Below are positions 52,112 through 64,000 of a stretch of DNA of 64,000 nt, in pieces (the stretch's first letter is position 1; every line of letters begins with the position of its first letter). The translations under genes and the position numbers were made by a program. Origin of the DNA: Octopus vulgaris. Its lineage: Eukaryota. The DNA is taken from the NCBI GenBank assembly GCA_951406725.2, contig OX597821.1:61380001-61444000 (forward strand). The letters are read 5' to 3'. Under the pieces are notes generated by a model. The model searched no databases, was not told the origin of the DNA, and worked only from the letters and a program-made list of their open reading frames with translations.

Positions 52112-52974
52112 GTATGTATGCGTATACTGTTGCATATAGGAACACATCCCTCCATAGATGACGAATGCAAGCTGATAATCAATTTTGATGTGCATTACTA
52201 TGACAACATCGCTATAGTAACGTTGGAGCGATGTTACGAATGTGATATTTCTCTTTCAACGATCCGGTTATTCCCTATACTGATATACCTTATGGCCGAT
52301 TCGACTTCTCTCAACGGAATTAGGATTGTGCATGAATACTTGTAGAAAATCCACATTCTTTATGTAAAGGTTGATGGAATTTGTTGCTTTCCTGTCATTT
52401 CTCTTCTGCCGGATCTGTTTTCGTTTTAACCATTGTAACCCGTCAGTCAATCGAGATAACGGAAACTATTCAAGTGAATGTATAACGCAAATATGACATC
52501 AGCAAGAAGTGCATTTGAATTTCCCTTATATGTCCAACAGACAAATACTATTCCTAGAATGGCGGCTGAATTGATTTACTCTGAAAAATTACTTTTGAAA
52601 ATGCATGTGCTATTTGAATAGTTTTCAACATTTCTCCTGGTTCTCAAAAACACTACTAGGAATATTCAAATAATCGGAGTAAGTAAAAATCGCAGTTACA
52701 CACTGGAAACACGATACCAATGAAATATCTTGGATATAAACATTCGACCTTTATTAGACTTATCTAGGATTCATTTTAGTTAATTTGTGTGGAAGTGGTT
52801 AGGGGAAGTCAGCTGACTTCACTGACTTGTTCATGGTTCACAGCAGTTTCTTACTCGGTGCAAGACAATTAGCAACCAAATTCAGCTGTCTTTATTCATG
52901 AGAATTTTCATTGAAAGGCCAATTCAGGAAATATTTACAAATAGAAATTTTACACTTACATAAAAAAATAATAA

Positions 52975-53210
52975 TAAATGCGCCCTTTTAAAGCCTAGTC
53001 AGGCTCATGGGCCCGGTTTCCCGGTTTCTATGACGTATGTGTACCTCAGCTGGCCGGGACGCTAGTCCATCGTAGCATTACTCATTTTTACCAGCTGCGT
53101 GGACTGGAGCAACGTGAAATGAAGTGTTTTGCTCATGAACACAACTCGTCGCCCAGTCCAGGAATCGAAACTACAATCTTACGATCATGGGGCTGACACT
53201 CTAACCACTG
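52975..53210 (-). mobile_element. tRNA-derived SINE (family A, tail type 3)
   Basis: The minus strand has CAGTGGTTAGAG...GTTTCGATTCC and the same central block as 45955, but a different 3' tail. Confidence 0.78.
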
Positions 53211-53292
53211 ATCGGCCCAAGGCTACAGTAGAAAACACTTGCTCATGCGCTTGGGAAGCAAGCTTCTTCCCATGCAGCCACGCCTGCGCCTG
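53209..53292 (-). mobile_element. Fragment of a family B SINE head
   Basis: The reverse complement contains GCAAGTGTTTTCTACTGTAGCCTTGGGCCGA, as at 49860-49895. Confidence 0.55.
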
Positions 53293-53839
53293 TTGTCCAA
53301 CATATGTTCGACATTTGTCAACGACAATCGAATTTAGCACGCTGTTTTGCATTCAACACACCATATTTCCCTGAATACTTATCTCACGACCAATGAATAA
53401 ATTAGAAATGAAGCAGCTGTTGTAAAAATACCAAAGGTTGTACTTTAGAAGTAACAGGAGGAAGAGCAGGTGTAAATCTGAATCGGAGTATCAGTGGGAT
53501 GATCAGAAACATTCTCAAATACATTTGTGATTTTGTATCCTCAAAATATTTTCCTTTCTCCATCATCAGTTTCACTTCTATTATCGCCCTGATTGCAACT
53601 TATCGGTTCAGTATTTTCTGCTTTTATCTCTTTCTCAGACTTATTTTCATTCAACGTTTTAAATACCTTCATAATTTGTGACACATGTTTATAAATTATC
53701 ATTGGGGGAGTTTCTTCTTTCAAAAAGGCTCCAGTTCTGGAGTGCTTCAGTTTTCATAACATCTTATTACGTATAGAGAGGCCACAGCGGACAACATAAT
53801 CCACGGTTTGTGTGTCTATATATATACATACACACACAT

Positions 53840-54030
53840 AAAATGTAACCGCGTGTGTGTCGTTGGCAATTTTCTTTCTCCGTCCTCCCTTCCTTTGGAC
53901 TTTGCTCTATTTCTGAAGAAGAGCTTGGCTTGAAGGGTTAAATCCTCTTTCCTTCCTTTCCTGAGCGTTTGATAATAGAGTAATTGTACCACGTCCTCGC
54001 GCTATTGATTTTCTTGTTTGGATTCACTAT
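53840..54030 (+). mobile_element. Family H (TA)n-anchored repeat
   Basis: AAAATGTAACC...TTTCTGAAGAAGAGCTTGGCTTGAAG...CCTGAGCGT...TGTACCAC, ending in (TA)n. Confidence 0.6.
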
Positions 54031-54067
54031 ATATATATGTATGTATGTATAGATAGATAGATAGATA

Positions 54068-54174
<107 letters not shown>

Positions 54175-57037
54175 GGATAGTTTTCTAGTCATAGGATTTT
54201 GTGGTGTACAAAAAATATGGTAAAGTAAATAAAAGAAGGAAAGGGAAGATAAAAGAGACGGAGGGAAACGAATGGAGATTAAAAAAGATGGAAGCAAAAG
54301 AAAGCAGTTCACATACAAATATACCGTCACACATATGTATTTTCCTATCACGTAAATGGACATCCTAATCTTCATATTGTCTCTCTTTTATCATTTTACG
54401 TTTCACGTTTTTTTTCTTCTCTATTTTATACGCTGATCTGTTTCCCTTATCAATTATGCATTACTGAAACCGGGTTGCTTTAACAAGTTTATTTATCATG
54501 GAATCCAATGGACAAACATATGCATTGCTGAATGCAATAATGTTTCCAAATCAAAAACTCTTATTAAGATGACACAACACCTGCTCACCGGCGTCGAATG
54601 TAATTCTTTTATTTAAGTATAAGATCAGAGTTATTTTTATTTTCACTCGCTGGAAATCGAAATCCCATCAAGTAGTAGCTTGCTATTTCCTCTATTAAAT
54701 CTCTAACTACATATTTTATATTCAGCTGTCACCTGGCGTACCATCTCAAAGGTTATGAATTATCAACCATGCAGGTTACATCTGAATGATAGAAATATTA
54801 AAACAAACAATGAAATTACAAGGAATGTACGAATAATAACTACTCGAAAAGTATTGCTTTCGCTGTTTTGTCACTAGTAGAAATCCTGCAGTAAAAAAAA
54901 AAAACCCCAGATATGTTCAATTGATCGAATCAACATCAGCAATTATATTCCGAGAAAAATGTACCCTTATTTTCAAGTTGATTTTGATTGTGTTTTTTTT
55001 TTAATAATAAAACATTATTATAAAGTCGTGTTATATAACGTATATATTTCGGAATCACATTTGTCGCCACTATTTCGAAATTTATTTATTTATGCAATCA
55101 ATGGCAGATACCAGTGGTCTATAATATATTTGTTTACCAAATTCGGGAATTGTAGATTTTGTTTGTCAAATGCGGATATTCATAGCGAGTAGGAACAGAT
55201 GGGGGAAAACATAAAACTATATACATAACTATTAATAAGACATTAGCGTCATTACAAGATGCATTCATGGTGAATGCTATTAAGATATGCGCGCACAAGA
55301 GAATCCTTACATGCATATTAATGTATGAACACAGATGAAAATTTCCCTACACTCAGCAATCTCTATGTACATACACATAAACAAAAAATGCTACGAATAA
55401 CCAAACTATCGAAGATCTACACTGACTTCCCACTGAGATGTGTCTAATATGTCTCGGCAGTTTAGCCACAAATGAAACGTAAGTATTATCTAACACAAAC
55501 ATAATTGACTTTTAATTTATCTTTAAATGCTAGTAAAACCACTATACCTCATATCAAGAATTTATCCCCCTTCACTGTATAATATACACTTGGATTTGCC
55601 TTCGTATACTAAATGTATAAAGTTAAATAGTCTCTAAATCAGTATACAACGTAGAAAAACCCTTCAATGTGGACTCGACTTATAAACTGCATATCCATGA
55701 TCCGCACCCCACCAAATTTGATGCTAATCTTAATGCTGTTTAAAAATCTCACTCAGGAGCTTCGTTAAATGGTTTTACGGTGTCTAACACAAACTGATCT
55801 AATCCAATATAACTTAATTTTTGATAAAATTGTTATCTGTTTTTCGAAGGTGTTCAACCAATGCCTAGAGTATTTCAGCCACTTCTTATGAAGAGTTATT
55901 TCCAAATTTCTCAATGCTTCATAAATATAATCCATATCTATGTAAGCGCGTGTCTGTTTGTGTCTGTATGCATGTGAGTTTACTTGTCTATACTCACGAT
56001 TTTCAATGCCTACGTGAATTTTCTTATAATGAAGGGAGATATTAATGAATTAGTGAAAACTACACGAGTGAAAATGCGTTTTCAAACCAGGATCGTATTT
56101 TGTCAAAGAATACAATAGAATGCATACAATATAGAGATAGGTTTACTTCAAAATCATCTTCTATATATCTCGATATTGTAGTCTTTCCTTATTTAATGGC
56201 TTAATATCTTTCTGAAATATATATGCTTACTATAGAAATGGATCATGAATAAAATAGTCTTAGCTGTTAATCATTTAGTCACTATATACTTTTAGAATTG
56301 TGTAATCTCTTTATTAATCGTTCTTATTAATTTATACAAGTCTCTGTGAATAATATTTTCATAATGATTTCAGAATAATCACACGCGTATACACACACAC
56401 GCACACACATACACATAAACAAATACAGAGGCGCGCGCACGCACCCCCACTCAAACAGGCACCTATGTTTACGTGTGCATATGTGTGTCTGTATACACGT
56501 GTATGTGACTGTATATATTCCTTCATTTCACGAAGGTTTAGTCGAAGATTTTTGGCGGACATTTTCGTTGTGGACAACAACTTTTACGCTATGAGTTTTC
56601 AGTTCTCTATATTCATAAACACTTTGAATTTTGAAAGCACAACTATGCAGTACCATTTATAGCACCATTATTCGTGCCACTTTTTCTTTCTTATCGTAGA
56701 CCCATCAGCTGCAATGTGCCCATTCACAATATATTGCAGACATATGTCTATGAGTAGGACATGAAAGTCATTATCACGTTTCATTTGTCCAATATAATAA
56801 TAGATTATCGATTGCATGCAGGAAGGTAAAATAAGTTTAATTGCGAATGATTGAAAATACATATAATACTGCTTACGAGTGTCAATGTTTTTTTTTAAAT
56901 GTATACTTGCGATTTGTTCCATTCTCAGTTGCACTTTCTGCGTATCTATTTTCTTGTGAACACGTCTATTCTAACATCATACGACACAAGAACATGTTGA
57001 CATTTCAGTTTACTTTAAGCGTATACACGCCCATACA

Positions 57038-57100
<63 letters not shown>

Positions 57101-57244
57101 GTTTGTATAAATTTATATAAATAAGGATAAGATCGATATTTAAATACCGATCATATCAGGTGGCCAGACATGAGAATGAAAACCTTTTAAAGGTAATACT
57201 TCTTTAAAATTATAGTTTAGGGTATGTAAGAGATACCCTAAATT

Positions 57245-57299
<55 letters not shown>

Positions 57300-57418
57300 T
57301 ACATATATATATACACATATATATATATACATATATATATATATACATATATATATATACATATATATATATATAAAATATATATATACACACACACACA
57401 CACACATATATGTTTATC

Positions 57419-57451
<33 letters not shown>

Positions 57452-57974
57452 CACACATATATATATATATATATACATATATATACTTGTTATTCATTAT
57501 GAGGACATTTAAACCTCTTCTAGGGATATTTTTTATCGAAGATATTCTAGTTGATATATTTTATGTTGAAGAGATATTTCTGCAATAAATATATTATAAA
57601 TATCAAATATTGTTAATAAGTTTGAAAATAAAGAGACTCAATTTATTAGTTATTTAACATTGCCTACAATTGTTTCATTTCGCATCCAATTTAACTTATA
57701 TATACTAATATATGTTTTCTTTTTTAGTAGTCTGGGCGGAAGAACTTCAGGGCAAAATGGACATTGTAGGGTTTACATTTTGATCCGTTGAAATATTCCA
57801 AGAGTCTAAGCAGATGAAAGCTTCCAGACGGAAAATGCAAACTTATATTATTATTATTTATGTTTTGTGATATAAATTGGATGCAAAGGGAAACAATTTT
57901 AGGCAATGTTAAATAATTAATAAATTGATTCATATCACTTAAATCTCTCCATTTTCAAAGTTATTATATATATA

Positions 57975-58185
57975 CATTACAAAATGTAACCACATGTGGA
58001 CTGTTGACAATATTTTTCCTCCGTCTTCCTTTTCTCTTTGACTTTCTTCTGTTTCTTGTTTCTGAAGGAGAGCTTGAAACGTAAAACAACCACTCTTCTC
58101 TGAGAATCTTATTAATACTTTGTATGTACCATGTCTTCGCATTGTTCTTGTTTTCTTGCTGTCCCTTTTATTCTCCGTCTTTAAA

Positions 58186-58190
<5 letters not shown>
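57975..58190 (+). mobile_element. Family H (TA)n-anchored repeat
   Basis: Colinear with 53840-54030; contains TTGTTT-CTGAAGG-AGAGCTT-GAAA-CG-TA-AAACAA at 58056-58089. Confidence 0.6.
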
Positions 58191-58221
<31 letters not shown>

Positions 58222-58406
58222 TGATGCTCCAGCATGACTAGGGTCGCAAGGCTGAAACGAGTAAATATTCTTCATGGTAAAACTATTTTAGCAATTTTTT
58301 TCTTTTTTTACTTATACAAAACAACTCGTGGTATCCTTTTCACACTTTTACATACACACACACACTCACACACCACCACCACACACGCACATATATATAT
58401 AAATAT

Positions 58407-58477
<71 letters not shown>

Positions 58478-58508
58478 TACATATACATATATATATATAC
58501 ATATACAT

Positions 58509-58545
<37 letters not shown>

Positions 58546-58752
58546 AAGACACACACATACGTGTGTATACATATACATAAACATACATACATAATAATCA
58601 TACACGTATACACACGCACACTCATACACACACATGCAGCCACAGTCACACAGGAATGTATGTTTACATGTGCATTTGAGTGTGTGTATACCCGTTAGTT
58701 TGACTGTGTGTGTTCCTCTTCACATCACGACGTTTATATATATATATATATA

Positions 58753-59464
58753 TATGCATAAATATGAGAGAGCGACCACTATGTGGTCTACTCTAGTGCT
58801 AAAAATAGATCCACTATGGATCCCCTAGAGTAGATCACATAGTGGTCACTCTCTCATATTTATGTATAAATTTGTATTGTATCCCTGGTTTTTATGTGCT
58901 AAGCCACTTGATGTTAAATTGATGGTATTATTAAATTAATATCAAATTTTTCACCCTCATTTATAAATCTAATTATACTGCAGAAAATATTTTATGCGGT
59001 ATTCGTTTCCAGTAGTGTTATCATGCTTTTGGCGGGGGAATTTGAATCATAGCTACTAATGCAATTGATCGAACCGCACGTGTATTTTGGTGCTGCGTCG
59101 AAATATAACGAGCGATTTAATAAATTGTATTTAAGACAAACTCCTGCTGATGATTTATGGATGTTGTGTAAGTAAAATTGCATTTACTTTAATAATGAAA
59201 CAATTATTCAGGCTTAATCTATTTTTTTCGTTATTTTTCACTTGCCCCACGTTAAATGTTATGTTATTTCTACTTGGAAACAATTTATTTAGTGGCTATT
59301 CCATAGTGGATCTATTTTTAGCACTAGAGTAGACCACATAGTGGTCGCTCTCTCATATTTATGTATAAATTTGTACTGTATCCCTGGTTTTTATGTGCTA
59401 AGCCACTTGGTGTTAAATTGATGGTATTATTAAATTAATATCAAATTTTTCACCCTCATTTATA

Positions 59465-59465
<1 letters not shown>
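58753..59465 (+). mobile_element. ORF-less hammerhead mini-element (~499-nt unit, partial tandem plus inverted 5' end), in (TA)n
   Basis: 58825-58966 repeats directly at 59324-59465, and 58753-58820 is the inverted copy of 59300-59366. Confidence 0.8.
59143..59212 (+). ncRNA. Type I hammerhead with long stem II
   Basis: CCTG-CTGATGA-TTTAT...AAGTAAA ATTGCA TTTACTT...ATAAT-GAAA-CAATTA-TT-CAGG. Confidence 0.72.
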
Positions 59466-59533
<68 letters not shown>

Positions 59534-60811
59534 TACTTTATTCCAGATGCACAGCCTAATGAGATTATATATTCATTTCACTACTTAAAAAACCTTACAT
59601 TAAAAATAACAAAAAAAAAAAAACATATTATTGTGCCATCCTAAATTTGTCAAAGCTATTTGGAACATTCTTAGAAGAGAATATGTCTTAAATAGAAATC
59701 GACAACTCAATACTCAATAGTTCAGTGAGATGATATTTAATTTTTGGTACTTGCTAAGACATTTACAGTTCTTGAGATGTGAGATAAATGCTTGTCATTA
59801 AAACATAGCAGATGGCGTCATCTCCCTCTGCTTCGATTTCAGGTGAGGCCTGCTCTATGTAGACAGGGTTTATCCGCTTTATAATGCAAATCACACTCAT
59901 TTCAAACTAACTTAGTACTTATAGATATGCACATATGTAAATGCGTTCCGAAGAGTATGTATGAAGTGCTCGTGTGTGTGTGTGTGATTGATGATTGTGT
60001 ATATATGATTAAGAAAACTCCTATAAGCCCTGTTATGATAAGCAGTCTGTTGTGATCTCAAAACACTTGGTTCATATTATCCCGAAACTTACCAACTCAG
60101 CTATCATATGTATAATAATACCGAACACTTTGTTTCGATAAGAATATTCTGTTCCTCTGTCCATTTCCGAACATTTCTCTATTTTTGAAGAGAGGAAATA
60201 TTAATGATAAGAATGATAGCATAAAAGAAAGAATGAAAGGAAGAAAGATATTAAAGAAATAGATAGAAAGATAGACATGTAGACTGACAACCAACAAGCC
60301 AGCCAGATACATAGATAGATATACAGATAGACAGACTGTGGACACGGAACGGGAAAGACGAAATTAAATTGGAGAAACTATTAACTAAATTAAAATAAAA
60401 TTACTTGATTTATCAAAGTGGTGCGCTTTACGGCTGTATAACATTAAGAATCGTGATAGCCTTCATATTCATACGATTCCCAGCTGATGGAGCTACATCT
60501 GCCTTAAAAACGACTGGAATTTTGCTATAAAATTAATTTATTCTGCCAAGGAAAAATGCAATATTACAATGAGAATTTTGGTAGGAATCCAGCTGGAAGT
60601 AAATTAGTTTGAAAATAAATGAAAGAAAAATACATTTTAATGTGAAAACAGAATGGAACATTAATTATTGGATTTGTGTTCAGTGTTAGCGATTAATTCC
60701 AGTTTGGTCCATATAGGTCAAGGCTGAAGTACATGCGAAACTAAAAACAAGCAGGCGAGAACATTTTTTATGGATAATATTCATGCATGTTTATCAGCAA
60801 AAGCAGAAACA

Positions 60812-60828
60812 CTGCTGCTGCTGCTGCA

Positions 60829-60897
<69 letters not shown>

Positions 60898-60898
60898 G
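60812..60898. repeat. (CTG)n/(CTA)n microsatellite
   Basis: Directly visible. Confidence 0.95.
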
Positions 60899-61194
60899 CA
60901 AATGGATGAACATGGGTGTTTCGTTCAATATCCTTAAACAACCTTTATTCAGGGACCTTTTGAGCAGGATGGGTTACTTGACCAGAAGAAAATTCTAACT
61001 GGGCCCCACCTGCAAGGTCATGTGTTGTTTATCTTGATATGAGATCATCACGTCGCTCACATATGGTTGTGATGCATGTGCCTAGTGTACACTTATCAGA
61101 CGGGTAGTTATGATGAGTATACTGGACTTCGTATATTTTATCCCAGGTCACTTTGATGGCATGCACTGCATTCTCACTCAATAATAATAATACA

Positions 61195-61845
61195 AGTGAT
61201 AAGTGATAAGTGCAGAATTCGTGGACAAAACGGTGAAACCGTATGGCATATTGTCAGCTAATGTACACCACTAGCCCAGAAGGAATATGACGCCACGACA
61301 ATATAGCCAGGCTTGCCCATTGGACACTGTGCAACAGGTATGAACTTGATAGAGCCAAAAATTGGTACGACCACAAACCTGAAGGCATTGTCGAAAATAG
61401 AAATGCAAATATCGTATGGGATTTTATGATTCAGCGCGACCATGAGATAGAGAATAAGAAACCAGTCATAGTGTTAATTGAGAAAGAAACCAAACTATAC
61501 TAGATGATAGACATTGCACGCTCAGCTTACAACAACGTATGCGATAAAGAAGAAAGAAATGTCGAGAGATATGACAGGTTAGCAGCTGTGGTCGATGAAA
61601 AAGGTAGCAGTGGTACTAATAATTATCGGAGCCCTGGGAACAGTGAACAAAAATCTTGAGAAGTACGTGGAACAAATAGTGGCTGCAATAAATATCATGG
61701 TGGAGCTCTTGCAGAAAACAGTACTGATTGGAACCGCTCGAATACTCCGGAAGGTGCTCGAAAAATAAGAGGTGTTACCTTAGTTCACTGGTAGGGAAGA
61801 GCTGACGCTATAGTACACCTCCAGCGTTTGGAGCTGTGTAAAAGC
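61195..61845 (+). mobile_element. Decayed 3' end of an R4/Dong-like LINE (REL endonuclease)
   Basis: Manual translation gives TVWHIVS*CTPLAQKEY..RHDNIARLAHW..WYDHKPEGIVEN..IVWDFMIQRD..KKPVIV..IIGALG..LIGTARILRKVL. (TAA)n lies on both sides. Confidence 0.75.
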
Positions 61846-61898
<53 letters not shown>

Positions 61899-61930
61899 TA
61901 ATAATAATGATAATAATAATAATAATAATT

Positions 61931-63168
61931 AAGGGAGGCCGTGGTCTTTTGCAACTGGCAATAACAATGAAGATTGCTACAATTGGCCTACACACCTACC
62001 TGAAAAACTCCGAGGACTGGATGTTAAAACTTGTCTCAAAACATGAAATCAAGAAAGCATCATACTCAGTCACAAAAACAGGCAAAGTGAATTCCGAATA
62101 CAAACAATTTCGGAATTAGAAATAGATATACAAGAAACAAGCACAGAAAAAGCTAGGCGCATGAAAACCCGTGCCAAAACTGCGGCCTTAGATATTCTGA
62201 ATAATAAATGGCAAGAAAAACCTCTCTATGGCAAATGCCCAAAGAGAGCGAATAATGCAGATATCGACAAAGCCCTGACCCATCAATGGCTAATGGCCTC
62301 TGGCTTAAAATCTGAAACAGAGGGGTTTATCATAGCAGCTCAAGATCAATGCCTACCAACAAGAAACTACCGGGCCAACATATTAAAGAACGGCAGTAGC
62401 CCAACATGTCGTGTATGCCTACAACAAAATGAAACCATTGACCATGTTGTCTCCAAATGCAGTCTTCTAGCGCCTACAGAGTACCTCAGTAGGCATGATA
62501 GAGCTGCACAATATATTCACTGGGTAATTTGCAAAAAACTGGATTTGCCCCATGAAAAAAACTGGTGGGAACACAATCCACCTCCTGTGCTTGAAAATGA
62601 CCACATCTCACTCCTCTGGAACTTCACCATTCAAACTGACAGGAAGATAGATGCAGATAGGCCAGACATTATATTGAAAGACTTCAGACGAAGAACATGC
62701 CTCCTCATTGATATGACTGTCCCAATCGATATAAACGTATCTGTCAAGACCTACCAAAAACTGAGCAAATATAAAGATCTTGAAATAGAAATCAGCAAAA
62801 TGTGGAAGCTGAAGACTAAAACAATACCTGTTGTCATAGGTGCCCTGGGAATGATAGCGAAAGGGACTGATTGCTACCTAACTCAGATACCAGGAAACCC
62901 CAAAATGGCATAAATTCAAAAGATAGTGCTCATGGGAACTGCTCATATCCTACGCAAAATACTCTCTATGTAATCCCAAGGTTTAAAACAAACTTTTTTT
63001 TTATTTGTTTATTTTTTTTTTTTTATGTATTAGACATTCACTAGTACAACACCAAAAGAAAGAAAAAAAAACCCAAATATATGGCACAGAACTTCCAACC
63101 TGTTGTCTCTTGAGGTCTCTGGGTGAGACTTGGAGCCAACTTGTACAGACATAAAGCAAAAGTCAAAC

Positions 63169-63170
<2 letters not shown>
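61931..63170 (+). mobile_element. 5'-truncated R4/Dong-like non-LTR retrotransposon in a (TAA)n array
   Basis: GGRGL motif, CCHC-type finger and REL endonuclease, then a 3' UTR and (TAA)n; preceded by (TAA)n at 61846-61928. Confidence 0.85.
62161..62973 (+). pseudogene. C-terminal zinc knuckle + restriction-like endonuclease of an R4/Dong-like LINE
   Basis: ETEGFIIAAQDQ, CRVC...HVVSKC, RHD, RPDII...IDMTVP, KLSKYKDL and PVVIGALG. A premature stop at 62913 precedes IQKIVLMGTAHILRKIL. Confidence 0.88.
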
Positions 63171-63230
<60 letters not shown>

Positions 63231-63296
63231 GCAACAACAACAAACAACAACAATAATAATAATAATAGTTATACAGCTATTATATATAATTGATTT

Positions 63297-63505
63297 AAGG
63301 GGGCAAGCCGGTAAAATCATTAGTACGCCGGATAAACTGATTAGCAGCATTTCGTCTGTCCTTGTGTTCTGAGTTCAAATTCCGCTGAAGCAAACACTGC
63401 CTTTTCTCCTTTCGGGGTCGATAAAGTAAGTACCAAGGGAGCACTGAAGTCGGTATAATCGTCTTATTCTCTCTCACGAAAATGCTGGGCTTGTATCAAA
63501 TTTTA
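63297..63505 (+). mobile_element. Decayed SINE (family C)
   Basis: CTGAGTTCAAATTCCGCTGAAG...CCTTTCGGGGTCGATAAAGTAAGTACC. Confidence 0.7.
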
Positions 63506-63947
63506 CAAGAAGTGTATATTTTAGTTTTCTTATGAGTTGCATATTAGACTCGGCTTTTTGTAGAGTAGTATAGACATGAACGACTTCAATGCATTTAAAT
63601 GCTGCTTTACTTTCTGGGAAACTGATTAAACATGACGACTGCCTACACAATGCCTTGTGGATGAGAATACTTTTAAAGAATTGATGAGTATATCGTCCAG
63701 CTTTTACATCAAAACAATACTAATGCAATGGAAACACAGATAGGTGAAGTCGAATTAGTCTAATCGTTAAGCTTACTGCACACGCACATACACATACACA
63801 TAAACTATTAAACACCAAGCCATGTACACGCAAATACGCGCATAAATAGCTTAAAATTCACAAATCTCTGCATTGTATGAAACATCACGTCATATTATAG
63901 TGAAACATCTCAGATCTACCGACAGTGACAATATTTTAGAATATTCA

Positions 63948-64000
63948 AGGCGGTGAGCTGGCAGAAACGTTAGCACGCCGGGCGAAATGCGTAGCCGTAT
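63948..64000 (+). mobile_element. 5' head of a family C SINE, cut by the window edge
   Basis: GGCGGTGAGCTGGCAGAAACGTTAGCACGCCGGGCGAAATGC matches 48820. Confidence 0.8.

Overview
This is AT-rich, microsatellite-dense eukaryotic DNA. The repeat landscape suggests a cephalopod such as Octopus, which is an inference from repeat style only. I could not support any host protein-coding gene. The window is dominated by mobile DNA. There are three Penelope-like retroelements (PLEs, RT + GIY-YIG): a frameshifted copy with inverted pseudo-LTRs (8292-12370), an apparently intact two-ORF copy with ~1.4 kb direct pLTRs plus an inverted pLTR (25279-33152), and a decayed 5'-truncated relative (42035-44570). 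Also present are a deleted mariner, a Tc1 fossil, an RTE LINE fragment, two R4/Dong-like LINE 3' ends in (TAA)n, and several tRNA-derived SINE families. The main hidden signal is RNA structure: about 17 type I hammerhead-ribozyme motifs (some intact, some decayed), read by eye. They lie in the PLE pLTRs and in short, ORF-less, (TA)n-anchored elements. Two of these show a ~480-500 nt unit with PLE-like partial-tandem plus inverted-end architecture, suggesting non-autonomous ribozyme retroelements (retrozyme-like) mobilised by the PLEs. Coordinates were counted manually and may be off by a few bases.
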